A stretch of 63,533 bases of DNA, the filler included, from Octopus bimaculoides (lineage: Eukaryota): NCBI RefSeq assembly GCF_001194135.2. It is 4 parts of 4 records of this genome, joined end to end, with 100 filler letters (N's around TTAATTAATTAA, not from the genome) between each part and the next. Parts side by side here need not be neighbours in the genome. Positions count along the whole stretch, not along the records: positions 8,628 to 27,341 come from NC_068988.1; 3 more parts are not named here. One strand, 5' to 3'. This document shows, in pieces, positions 11,285 to 23,765 of this stretch. The notes below the pieces were generated by a model that did no database searches, had not been told where the DNA came from, and saw nothing but the letters and a program-made list of their open reading frames with translations. The translations under genes were made by a program, and so were the position numbers. Each line of letters opens with the position of its first letter. The stretch's first letter is position 1.

Positions 11285-12446
11285 ATCTAGGAGGATCGTT
11301 TCTTAATGATTCTAATCCTTCTGGATCACGTTTTAATCTACCATTAGAAATTCAATAACCCAGAAAATAACTATTTTGTGAATTATATATAAACTCATCC
11401 TCAACTAAGTTGATAATCTTTGATAGATTAATCAGATTTCTATAAATTTTGGTTATCGCCTCCATATTTGTTCCACGCATAATAACATTATCAATATAAA
11501 CAAATATTGCATTTTGATAATTAATAATAATTATGTTATTAGTCATTGTTAGTTAAACAGCTGCGGCATTTTCAACCCCAAAACTATTTAACGAAAGCTG
11601 ATAAAAGTTTCAGTTGAGTTCAGATTCTGAACAGATTAGATCACCAAATTGCAAAACTGAAATTAATGATAAAAGCTATGCATATTAAGGAGTAAGTGAT
11701 GAATAATCTATCGTAATTTTGAGTTTATTAGAATTTTTGCAATTAAAACCTGCGTACAATGAAATTTTTGTACGAATGGAGAAACATTGGCTTCTGTTAT
11801 CCTGCCTTTAAATGAATTACTGGTGTTTTTAGAAAAAGTTGTTAAAATTTCCAGACTAAATCAACAAGAAGTACCAATAGATTTGCAATTTATGAAAATC
11901 GTAACAAAATTTAAGTAGTGGGTATAAGATTATTAGTCCGGCCACAAATTAAATGTGTATGTAAAGTGTATTTAAATTTAATACTTTATAGTTTGGATCA
12001 GCGAAAGCATTATTTCAGCGAAGTTTATATAACATCGAACATTTGGTATCTTTTTTGTGTAGCAAACGCGGTTGCAATTATATCATTAGATTTAACAGAC
12101 AATATATCATATTAATGATATCGCAATAAATATTTTCGGTACTTCCTGATTCAATAAGATTGTCATCCCGTTTATTATTTATTGTAGCTGTAATAATTAG
12201 TAGTTCTTAATTACCGGTTATTCGTTACTTGAATGCAGCCAATAACATTTCACTGAAGGTTTCAAGTAGGGCCTTCTCCTGTAACTCAAAGCGACAATAC
12301 TCTCCTCAGAATGCGAGCTGTACCCAACAATACTGTTTGTGTTTGTGTTTGTCCCCCCGCCGACTTAAACCGGCCTCCCCCACTATAATATTAACTGCTC
12401 TACATCTTAGAGTGTGCTTCTACTCTGGATTTATGTTTCCTACAAA

Positions 12447-12483
<37 letters not shown>

Positions 12484-13020
12484 NNNNNNNNNNNNNNNNN
12501 NNNNNNNNNNNNNNNNNNNNNNNNNNNNNNNNNNNNNNNNNNNNNNNNNNNNNNNNNNNNNNNNNNNNNNNNNNNTATGATGTATGTATATATATATATA
12601 TGTATATATGTATGTATGTATGTATATATGTATGTATGTATGTATGTATGTTTGTATACATGTATGTATATATATTACCAGATTTAATCGAATTGTGTAC
12701 TTGAGTATATTTGAGCGACTAAAACCCATCAAGGCGATGTCCTAGCATAGAAGCATTCCAATTTCTGAAGCAAGTAAAAGGCCAAAGATGCAAGAAATAT
12801 TCTGCGGATATCGGAGATAAGCCTTGCCACAGCACTGCTGAATACCAAAGAGAAGCTTTTGATTTTTATTTATTCTGTGATCGTTTTTGTGTTCTAACTA
12901 TGAGAAGCGTTGTACCGGGGTCTAAATTCTATATTTGTTTTTCAGAAAAGCAACCATAAAATAACGCCCGTCAGCCGCAAACACATTCGTCCCATTAATA
13001 AATATCACCTTATATATTTC

Positions 13021-13299
13021 TGTTGTGTCGACGCTCCCAGGCGAAGAAGTAGGATCTCCCAAGACATATAAATAGAGGTGGTCTATCCGTGGTAGGTGTG
13101 TTGAGTAGCAGTCGAGTAGCAGTTGTGTAGCGGTTGAGTAGAGATCATCCGAAGGTGCTAGATAGCAGTAGCTTGAGACATANNNNNNNNNNTGAGTAGA
13201 GATCATCCGAAGGTGCTAGATAGCAGTAGCTTGAGACATAACAGTGGCGACGAGGATTTCGTAGCTCACACAGCCACTGGTAGTATTTCAGACATAACA
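13021..13299 (+). mobile_element. Collapsed LTR retroelement: short LTR (13021-13243, including an assembly-duplicated 48 nt), PBS, ~25-nt remnant, 3' LTR end; ATTTC TSD
   Basis: TGTTGTG...CATAACA termini, homologous to 56064-56207. PBS-like TGGCGACGAGG at 13245-13255. Second AGACATAACA end at 13290-13299. ATTTC at both 13016-13020 and 13300-13304. Confidence 0.8.
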
Positions 13300-13648
13300 A
13301 TTTCGATACAATTTCTTTCTGATAATAAAATATTTTCTTATTACTTGTTCAGTTACTTCAGGCAGAAGAGAAAACTCGCTGGAAATGTAGTTTCCCCACA
13401 TTAGTTTACTAATTACATACAAGACATCACACTATTTCCGACTATTTAATTTAATTTCTACTACAAAATTTAACATTTTGTGTCTCATTTAGTGCAAAAC
13501 ATTTTAGATTAAATTTAAAGTATTAAATTTGATGCGGACTCACAACGTGTGAAAATAGTATGCACGCACATACGCACGCGCGTATTCACAGATACATACA
13601 TAAATACATGTATGCATATGCACGCCACACGTACATGAATTCATATTT

Positions 13649-13680
<32 letters not shown>

Positions 13681-13690
13681 NNNNNNNNNN

Positions 13691-14460
13691 GGGGGGGGTG
13701 ATATCTTCAGTATGAACTCCACAGAGTGTACATCGGTCGTCACATTTTACAGCTTTTCCTGCATCTCTATCCCTTTTGTACATCAAGTACTTGGTTAATA
13801 TTTCCTCTTCCTGGATTTCAAACGCATAATCTTCAAAGTGGGAGGTAGGTAATCCGGCTATTGGTCCATGATTAACTGCTCTGATGATCGATGTTACTAT
13901 CATCACGAAGCTTTCTGCTAACATATCCATGCATAGTCTTCTGCTCATATAGGCTCATCCTTTCATCTGATGATACGTTGCGGTAGAGTCGTGCGACTTC
14001 GTTGGGAATGTATTCTAGGTTATCGACAAAGAGTGTTACTCAAGTCTTATGATGTTATCAACCTCATGTATGCAAACTTGGTCAAGGGATGCACTTCGAC
14101 ACTTGGTGGTTAAAAGATGTTGCTGAAGGGATTTGATACGACATTCAAAGGCATTTGGGATCGATGTTGAGCCTCTGCCGCCTTGTTTTCGTTTTAGGTG
14201 GACACGGTCTACGTCACTATTGATGTGGAAATTATGTGTACTTGTTAATATTTTTCGGGTTTGCACATCAATGTATGTACGTATGTATGTATGCATGTGT
14301 ATACGTATGTATGTATGCATGTATGTACCTACGTATGTATGTATGTATGTATGCAGATATATGACTGGAGTTTCAAACATTTTTTTAAACGTAAATTTCG
14401 AAATTGTTCCCAATAGTTTTTTGCGTATTTCATGGTTCAACGCTGCAGTTTTTAAAAGTA
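13691..14460 (-). mobile_element. R4/Dong-like (RLE-type) non-LTR retrotransposon fragment, RT thumb to zinc knuckle, interrupted by (ATGT)n
   Basis: DVQTRKILTSTHNFHINSDVDRVHLKRKQGGRG resembles the RLYxxRxxGGRGL motif. AIQEQ-like AFEIQEEEILTKYL and DDRCTLC are also present. Confidence 0.75.
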
Positions 14461-14467
14461 CATTAAT

Positions 14468-14523
<56 letters not shown>

Positions 14524-14739
14524 CTTACATTAATTATATATATGCTCAGACTTGGAATGGAAAAATTAATTTGTATTGACGGAAATAGATGCAGAGAAAC
14601 ATATGATAAAAATCAATATTCTTCAAAGCATAGTTCATAACAGATTGGGAAGAAGGTGAATTTATAGACAGTTTTATGTGCACATATATATATATTTGTA
14701 TACATATACATATATACATACATTCATGTATATACATAC

Positions 14740-14787
<48 letters not shown>

Positions 14788-15502
14788 TGGGGTCGATCAT
14801 ATATTTTTTTGCATGTATGTACAGGGTGCTCGCTGCAGCTTTTCCACAAGGGTAAGATAAATTATAATATCGGTCGCCTCATATGGTGCAGAGATGCTGT
14901 TAAGAGAATCCTTGCATTTTCAGTGGATCACGGGATGATGTCAGGATTCGCTCCCTCCCTCAGCAATTGTTCGGCTGCTTTTTCTCACATGTCGAAGATC
15001 ACGTGAAGATCACCGCAATCGCCTTCGTCATTATTTCTAGTTATCGTCCGTCCACACAGTTAGATAAAAGGAACACACACACACATACATACATATACAT
15101 ACGCACACACACACGCTCACGTACACACACGCACACAAACAGATACACTCACAATCATATATATAAATAGGTTAAAATTGAAAGAAAATGCAAACAAGTT
15201 GGTAAGATTTGACAAAGACATTTTATTTAATATAGCTATATAATAAAAGGTATTATGTAGCTAAATTGAATTAAATGTCCTTCTCAAATCTTGCCAAATT
15301 GTTTGCCTTTCCTTTCTACTTTAACCTATTCCTACCGACTCAAGGGAAAGCCACTTCCAGCCGCTTTGGATAAGGCAATCACAAAATCACTCCTTCAACT
15401 GCAGTTCAAACTCGAATTTTAAGTGGCATACCTATTTGAGCATTTGAACACTCAGAATACACGCGTATTAGTGTGTCACTCCAACGAGAAATCCTCGTAT
15501 TT

Positions 15503-15505
<3 letters not shown>

Positions 15506-15572
<67 letters not shown>

Positions 15573-15630
15573 GGATAGATAGGTAGGTAGGTAGGTAGGT
15601 AGGTAGGTAGGCAGACAGGTAGGTAGGTAT
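15506..15630. repeat. (GATA)n(GGTA)n microsatellite
   Basis: Direct inspection. Confidence 0.95.
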
Positions 15631-15981
15631 ACACATACATATGGTTTCGTAAATAGAGTAGCTGGAATATTTGTAAAGCATTTTTAAATAATGCAAATCT
15701 AGAAATGACACCAGTTTCAGAGTCATTTTGTGATCATACGAAATGAATATTTGGAAACACTTCTTTTAGGAAGCAGCATATTCTAATAAAATTTCAGATG
15801 AGTTATTTAACTGCAAATGGATGTTAATTGCCAACACACTTGTTGCATTTGACAATTAACTGAAGAAATTTTTTTTACATGAAAACATTAAGTTTGCGAT
15901 TGCATAAAACTGCACGATTATCTGATATTGAGTACGATAAGTTTAAAGACGTGTTATATAAACAGAACCTTACCTACAGAC

Positions 15982-16209
15982 TACATAGATTACATGATGG
16001 TTATCGGTGAAAGAGATGTATGATTGATTAAAACTACATCTAAATAAACATGCAGCATGTAAGACTTGTTTTGTAAGCACAACCTTAAACACTATCAGAA
16101 TCCAACCATAGAAAAACATGCTGACATCCTACTCTTGGTGTACATAGATTACATCGTAATTATCAGTTCGAGACTGATATAACAGTAATTAAAAGTACCT
16201 CTAAATAAA
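15982..16209. repeat. Imperfect ~68-bp direct repeat (15982-16048 / 16141-16209)
   Basis: Both copies begin TACATAGATTACAT and end TTAAAA.TAC.TCTAAATAAA. Confidence 0.7.
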
Positions 16210-17529
16210 TATTTAATAGGTACTTGTGGATAACAAGTGTTGTATTTGGAACTATGGCACTATGCACGATGCTGTAATCGATATACATATGGTTTTTACA
16301 CTTAAGCGGCTTTTTTTGAAAATTTTAATCACAAATGTTAATTTCTTTCCATTGGAATAAAGGTGGAATTTAATTTAAAGACTGAATCTAAGGTTACACA
16401 ACAGAGGTGAAAGAATATTATTAAAGTATTAAAGACTATTGTGTTCAGTATTATGAAAATGTTTTCACTGTAGTGAAAAAAAAACTAGTTTTAGTACGGT
16501 GTATAGGAGACAACATTTTATTTCATTCGCACAGAAAACAGTGGTGGCCTATGAAATAACTATATGGTATATTATTAGCTTTTAATATAACGCTACTAAA
16601 CTATAATTATTTTTGATGTAAATAAAAATTTAAGAATTCTCTATAGAATAAAATGAAAAATTATCAATACAAATATACAACTCATAGTAATTATTGATAA
16701 AAAAATATTTCACGAAAATATTTACAATAACAGAAGTGGTATTTGAGAATCTTAAATTAAAATGATACAAAAATAACACAACACTGTCAAACATAATAAT
16801 ATTGGAAGATTCTTTAAAAGATAGTGTGACATATTAATATCTTACTGATTCCGGAGTGTAAACAAAAAGAAATGTATTAAATAGTTAATGGTAAATACAA
16901 CGTTCATGAACAGACGAGATTTTCTAGCTTCAAAATGTGGAAGAATTACTAGCATGTTCTTGTGAGCGAAGTTCATAAAAACATCTGTATAAAAATAATT
17001 GAGATACAAAATAAAAGTCCCCGCTTTATTGCATCAGTTATGCGTTTCCCTACTTTAGGAGAGGTATTATGAGGTAACAAAATGCAAGCTTCTTGGGCTT
17101 TGAATCTATCAATCACATTTTGAATGAGTCCATGTTTTACAGGCAAAGATATTTACTCAATGAATACTCATCATCCACAGTCCCGATAAACATTTGTCCT
17201 GAACCACACCTTTTTAATCTTCTCATAGAGTTGTCACTATAAGCTATCGCAAGTCGTGTTGTGGTCGTTATCTAACAGTCGCAGCAATGTAAGCATAACC
17301 CCTTCGTCTAAACACGTGGTCCCGTGACAGCATCATTATCGTACAAAATGGCATACATGTAAACATAATAACTTGATACAACATCACGGTGTCATTACAC
17401 GAGTAGCATTGTTTAGAATTACGGCAACGTATGACCACTTCACACGAAACTTATGACATTAGTATCAAGTTATTAGTATCATCATTTAAGCTAAAATAAA
17501 GAACATTTTGTGCTGGAAGACTGAATCTG

Positions 17530-18560
17530 ACAGTGTCACATTAAGAATATTTTATGCCGCTAAAACTTGCTTATTTTGAAATATAAACAAATTGTAACGA
17601 CAAGTTGAAATTTTTAAAAGCAACTCTTTTCTCATGGCAAAGGTGGGTTAAATATAAAAGTTTCGAAAGGTGAGCACATTGCGACAAATTAATACATGTG
17701 ATAGACTGCAGTTTACATTTATAGTTTACGAAAGTAATTATAAGTGTAGACTAAGAAATGTAAAAATAGTCGTTTCTAAAATGTCCAATTAGTTAAACAG
17801 GTAGAATTTAAATAAAATCTAATCATCAAAGAAAATAATTTTCCTTAAAATGTATTTTTTCTGTTGGCTGCAGTTCCCTTACCTTTGATATAAAATCACG
17901 GTCTCGTGACAAAGTGTCATTACTCTCTAAACTCATAGCAATCTAAAGATAGTAAATGGATTAAAAATCACGGTATCATGGCACTAGTATCATTATCATC
18001 TGAAACAGACGTAGAGAAATGTTCTAGTTGCAAGGCTGCATTCGTGCTAACTGCCGTTTGATAAACACTCGTACATTAAAAGAATATTTTCTGCTGCTTA
18101 GCTTTGGTTATTTTTATAAAATATAATTTTTTATAAAAAATTCTAACAAAGCATTACAAACTGTAACAGATACACCCTAAAATGTTAGAAGGTGATTAAA
18201 TATTAAGTTTTAGCACCATATCTAAAAGGTGCACGTGACAGTTAATTTATGCATCACTGTGTATATCTACTTTTTCAAAACATAACTAAAAGTGCGGAAT
18301 GTAGGTTAACTTTATATTTACAATGTACTTATGAGTGTAGACTATAAATATTAAATGGTTGATTTTATTTTAAAATTTACAGTTAGTTGAAAGATAGCTT
18401 TTATAAGAAATTAACTCAACAAAAGTACATTCAATACGATGTTTCCTGAAACAAATTTCCTGTCTGGAAGTTATATTTAGTCTTTCAGAAGTTCTAAGAC
18501 TCGGGAATGTAAAAATAACTTGACTTTAAATCAGTTTTGTGATACTAGTGTTTATGTAAT
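17530..18560. repeat. Ancient degenerate tandem duplication, period ~535-590 bp
   Basis: Collinear anchor pairs at 17539/18074, 17640/18189, 17743/18334 and 17965/18528. Confidence 0.65.
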
Positions 18561-19219
18561 TCAATATAATGTAAAAATACTAAATTAATCTAAAATCATA
18601 TCGTTTATGGCAGATAAATTACGCTTCTCAGTCTTAATCATTTAAAAGCTTTGAAAGAGTTGGACCATTGGACAGAAAGCTCTTGAAAGCTCTGTCCGAA
18701 ATATCTGGTGATGCCTACAAAGGCGCGCTTGGCTGTTTCAGCATTGCGCCAGTGCCACAAATATATTCGTTGGCTTAAAAAAGTCTCATCTATCTATTTA
18801 ACTTTTAACAAAATCTCAGCAATGTAAAAATAACCACTTTACCGAAAATCACAATAACTTGACACCATCATAAATGTAATACAGTTTCATGAAACAGTCA
18901 TTTAATCTAACACCACAAACTTTCAGCTCAGTTAAATAGAATCCTCGTAGAAAATCACTATGTCGTGAAACAAAATTTTAATAACATTTCTCAAGAGCAC
19001 AGTAGTATCAATATTTTCAACCAATACTTTGAAAGAAAATCTGAAGCGACATATCGAAGTAATTGCTTTGTAATCTTTGATCTTTTAATGCATGAAATAT
19101 ATTGAACTGTCTTATCGAACTTTCCCAATGAAATGGATTAGATCTGAAGCGTTACTTGTCTTCATCAATTATTGACTATTTACTAAATGCATTGAATATA
19201 CAGAATCAGAGACCTCTAC

Positions 19220-19361
19220 CGTTACGTTAGCGTTTTCCTGCAACGCTTGTCTTTCCTTTAGAGTTTGACTTCCGTATTTCAAAGCTTGTACTTCATGTCC
19301 TTCAAAATAATTTAAAACAAATTCGTACGGACTCCCACCGCACTTTTTATAACTATGATTT
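19220..19361 (-). CDS. Candidate internal exon of an unidentified gene (142 bp)
   Basis: Acceptor TTCTTGTTTACATGTCGCAG, open frame NHSYKKCGGSPYEFVLNYFEGHEVQALKYGSQTLKERQALQENANVT, donor ACG|GTAGAG. No homology recognised. Confidence 0.3.
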
Positions 19362-19439
19362 CTGCGACATGTAAACAAGAATTTGTTCTCCACGACAGTG
19401 AAATCACAAGATATTTGTACTTAGCTAAAGTGAATATAC

Positions 19440-19515
<76 letters not shown>

Positions 19516-19589
19516 ATGCGTGTGAACGAAATGAGTAGAAGAAGCAGTTATGCTCTATATACGTTTCAAAATGCATGATTCATCATATC

Positions 19590-19625
19590 ATGCATTATTA
19601 TTTTTATTATCATTATTATTATTAC

Positions 19626-19680
<55 letters not shown>

Positions 19681-19690
19681 TTCATCATCA

Positions 19691-19741
<51 letters not shown>

Positions 19742-19742
19742 G
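19590..19742. repeat. (ATT)n/(ATC)n microsatellite
   Basis: Direct inspection. Confidence 0.95.
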
Positions 19743-19984
19743 CATCTTCTTTCAATTCTGTTTCCATTTCTTGCCGAGTGTCTTACTGACACCCACCTAA
19801 GGCAGAGACACGTACTGTATACATTGGTAGGCCATTAAAACAAACACACCAGATTGTTCATTTACAAAGTCATGTGATAGAGAAAAAGGAGAAAGAAAGG
19901 CAGAGAGGAAAAAGAAAAAAGAAAAAATGAACAAGTAAATAAGTAAAATAAAGGGGGGGGAAGAAAATTCACAGCGACCCATCC

Positions 19985-20145
19985 ACTTCTCAATACGTGT
20001 GACCAGTTACCAGTTAAGACAATCTTTTGCGCCTCCTGCACGGATAGTAAACCAGGGATCATTCTTAAATAATTTTCATTTACTTTTTTGATCATTCCAA
20101 GTGCTCGTACAATTACTGGTATTGTAACCGTCTTGAGATGGTGGT
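19985..20145 (-). mobile_element. R4/Dong-like LINE 3' end (C-terminus of the RLE endonuclease)
   Basis: HLKTVTIPVIVRALGMIKK...MIPGLLSVQEAQKIVLTG..HVLR parallels 33731-34015. Confidence 0.75.
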
Positions 20146-20159
20146 ACTGCGCTAGATCA

Positions 20160-20470
20160 AACGAACTAAAGGGTTCTGGCCTGATGTTACGAGTCTCTAC
20201 ATGAAATATTCTCTGCATTGAGATCTCACGGCATCGGTATTGCAAACATGTGATCAGAATGTCGCAGGAAAGGATCGCGAGGCAAATCCTTCCAGCCAAG
20301 CCAACCAGCAGGAGAGCAAGGGGCTTGGATAATATCCATAGACTCAGTTGGTCACGTGTTGAAATCCAGCTGGGAAATTTAATGACGGTTGCTTCTGATA
20401 GTCCCCTCTTGAGGTGGTGTCCGAAGACTCTACATGCCCAGGATTTGTGGGCGGTAAAAATGGACGGAGG
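20160..20470 (+). mobile_element. RTE-clade LINE 3' fragment
   Basis: HVIRMSQERIARQILPAKPTSRRARG-(deletion)-LDNI resembles the RTE motif W.GHV.RM...G.R.RGRP..RW.D.I. Confidence 0.65.
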
Positions 20471-21089
20471 TACGTTAAAAACTGTGACGGGGTGTGGGTG
20501 GTGTTAAATATCAGCAACATAACCGGGGAAAAGGATTGGCAAAACAAAGGAGCATCAGTTAAAAGAGTTTTAGAAACACTGACCTCGACAGAAGCTCATG
20601 GTAAAAGTTTTGACAGAAACTTTATCAAATCAAGAAAAGAATAAAAATACGAAAAAGACAGGAGGCGGAATAAAGCAAATGGAACAGAAATGAGAAGGAA
20701 AAGGGATTGGAGGATAAGACGAGAAGACGCTAAATAAGAATAAAGCAATTAACCAAAAGAAAATAGGAGAAAGAGATTAATGAAGGTGGAGATAAGAATA
20801 CGAGAATACGAGAGAGCGAATGAGAGTGTGAATTGAAAAGAAATGAGGAGAAAAGGAAGAAGATAAGGAAATGGCCGACAAATACATAAAGGAACGTCTA
20901 CCGTATACAGCTTTATAATTAAAAAGCAATTGTGCTTAATGAGGTCTGATTAATTGGCAGAAGTTGAATATAAAGTTGAAATTAGTATTTTGAGGTGAAC
21001 AGCATTATTGTAAAGGAGTGAGGTGGGTGACGGGAGGAGATTTGCTTATTGCTTATAAGATTGAGTACTAGTCTTTTGAGACGCACAGA

Positions 21090-21147
<58 letters not shown>

Positions 21148-21523
21148 ACACGCATATATGCAGTGAAACAAACAGACACATACACACTCAAACATCTATC
21201 AATTTATCTATCTATATGTGTGTATGTGCGTNNNNNNNNNNNNNNNNNNNNNNNNNNNNNNNNNNNNNNNNNNNNNNNNNNNNNNNNNNNNNNNNNNNNN
21301 NNNNNNNNNNNNNNNNNNNNNNNNNNNNNNNNNNNNNNNNNNNNNNNNNNNNNNNNNNNNNNNNNNNNNNNNNNNNNNNNNNNNNNNNNNNNNNNNNNNN
21401 NNNNNNNNNNNNNNNNNNNNNNNNNNNNNNNNNNNNNNNNNNNNNNNNNNNNNNNNNNNNNNNNNNNNNNNNNNNNNNNNNNNNNNNNNNNNNNNNNNNN
21501 NNNNNNNNNNNNNNNNNNNNNNN

Positions 21524-21619
21524 TGTAAAAAGCATTTTAGTACCGGTTTCGGTCATTGAGACTTTTTCAACTGTAAAAAAGTCTCAAAGACCGAAACCGG
21601 TACTAAAATGCTTTTTACA
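21524..21619. repeat. Near-perfect inverted repeat (44-bp arms, 1 mismatch, 8-nt loop), foldback/MITE-like
   Basis: 21524-21567 is the reverse complement of 21576-21619. The left arm abuts an N gap. Confidence 0.9.
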
Positions 21620-21653
21620 AATTTATTTTAGCATTTTCTACCTTGACTTTTCC

Positions 21654-21692
<39 letters not shown>

Positions 21693-23121
21693 CACTAGTT
21701 GTAAATACAAAATATTTATAGTTAGTTTTCGCTATAAACACTAACAATAATCATTAATTTAATCTTGTCTGATTTCTTAGACGCATCACCAGATCTAAAA
21801 ACGGGTGCCTCTCAGCTCTTCAGCAAACCTAAAAAATAAAGTACATTAACAGATTTTCTTGTCAGTCCACTAGGAAGTTTTAAAACCTCTTCTCCATTTT
21901 GAGCCCTAGACTCTCCAATCTATCCTCCTCGACCAGGATACTATATAGACATTTGCACATGCGCAGACACACACATACATATATAATAGCTGGCAGTTAC
22001 TAACCATAATCGCCATCAAATAAAGAAAATAACACAGTATTTAACGCCAAGAATATATATGTATTATCAATGGAATGATTCGTGATCCAATCGGTAGAAT
22101 AATTTCGCTTACAACTTACCAGACGAATGAAAATAAGAGTTAACTCAATATACATGAGATGTAATCGTCGCTAAGAGATCTATGTGGAGACTCTTCTAGA
22201 TCTTAGTTTTAAATGTAAGAGATTTTAAATATAAATTGGACAATTTATATATAGTAAATGGAACATTAAAAGTTAAGAACATAACTGAGTAGAGCGGAGT
22301 GAAGAGACATAAGTGAAGAGTGTGTTGTGAGAGACTCATAGAAAGGAATCAAATAACAGCAGTCCCCGACAGTAAATACAACTAGTAAAATGTAAAGTAA
22401 AAGATCAATAAACAATACAGTTTAAGTAGAAATAAGAGAAGAGGGAAAAGAGAGAGGGGGAGGGAGGGGCTAGATGGGGAAGGTATAAATGTATTGGGAA
22501 AGAAATTAAAACATGGCAAATTTGAAAAGATGTTTGGAAAATAATAAGCGTACTGTAATAAAGAGGAGATTAATCAAACAAAGACTTAATTAAAACATAT
22601 CAAGATGTAAACTCCGTCAAATCAGTACACAAGCAGAGATAGTTTTACAGAGATGAAGGGGGGGGGGAATGATATCGTCATAGTATTGTAAACATAGGAA
22701 TATAAACATATTACTTTGTAGACCGTCAAACAGGACTGTATAGATACACACGCGCGCATACATGCGTACGTATTTGTATACATATACAAACAAGTGTGTG
22801 TGTGTTTGTGTTTAAATTGTGTGCGTGAATGAGTGTGTATGCAAGTATGTATATGTACGTATAAATTTATATATATATATATTTATAAGTATACACATAC
22901 ATACATATATAGATATATATGCATATACGCATATATATATATCTATGCATATACAAATATACATGCAGACATAGGTGTGTGTGTGTGTACTTGTATATAC
23001 ACACAAGGTTTTTTATATATATATATACATTATATACATTTGATGAACATCTCTTACGCTGCAGGATATTCCGTTCATCAGCCGTCGTGTGGAGATCGCA
23101 ACCACCATATTCTTGTGTATA

Positions 23122-23192
<71 letters not shown>

Positions 23193-23639
23193 ATATATAT
23201 ATATACATAGATAGAGAGATACATACACACACACACACACACACACACATGTTCAATTCCTTATTTTTATGTACGTCTTCCGAACAATATTTGTTTGTTC
23301 TTGTGTCTATAACAGTCCAACCATGTTTCTCTTTATTCATCTCTATAAACCTATCTATACTGCTGAACTGCTTTGACTTCTCAATACGCTTCGCTATGTC
23401 TTTCTTTGATGAATGTCGCTTTTATTACGTTTCGTTTATTATTTGTCATGCACCTGGTCCTAACTTCTTTCCTAATACGTATTAACTCAACTTTATGTCT
23501 TTATCTTTGACCTCATCTTTCTAGTCACTCGCTTCTTTCTTTTACTTCATTCGTATTGTCGCCTCCTTCTAACTTATACTGATACCTCCATTTCACTTCT
23601 ATTTACGCCTTGTAATATGGTGTACACCGTTGAAGCATC

Positions 23640-23690
23640 TTTCCCTCTTCTGTCTGTCTGTCTGTCTGTCTCTGTCTGTCTGTCTCTCTC

Positions 23691-23762
<72 letters not shown>
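23640..23762. repeat. (CTGT)n(CT)n microsatellite
   Basis: Direct inspection. Confidence 0.95.

Positions 23763-23765
<3 letters not shown>

Noticed and set aside
13135-13240. 48-bp tandem duplication inside the LTR
   Set aside because: Identical copies flank a 10-N gap, most likely unmerged contig overlap. It is retained only as a caveat in the LTR finding.
21770-21830. Strong minus-strand acceptor (CTTTATTTTTTAG at ~21823-21835) as a coding exon
   Set aside because: All three frames stop within 11 codons and nothing else supports it.
23045-23110. Minus-strand CTGATGA-ACGGAATATCCT-GCAGCGTA as a Penelope-type hammerhead
   Set aside because: GAAA is not intact and stem I does not pair next to the core; at best a dead remnant.
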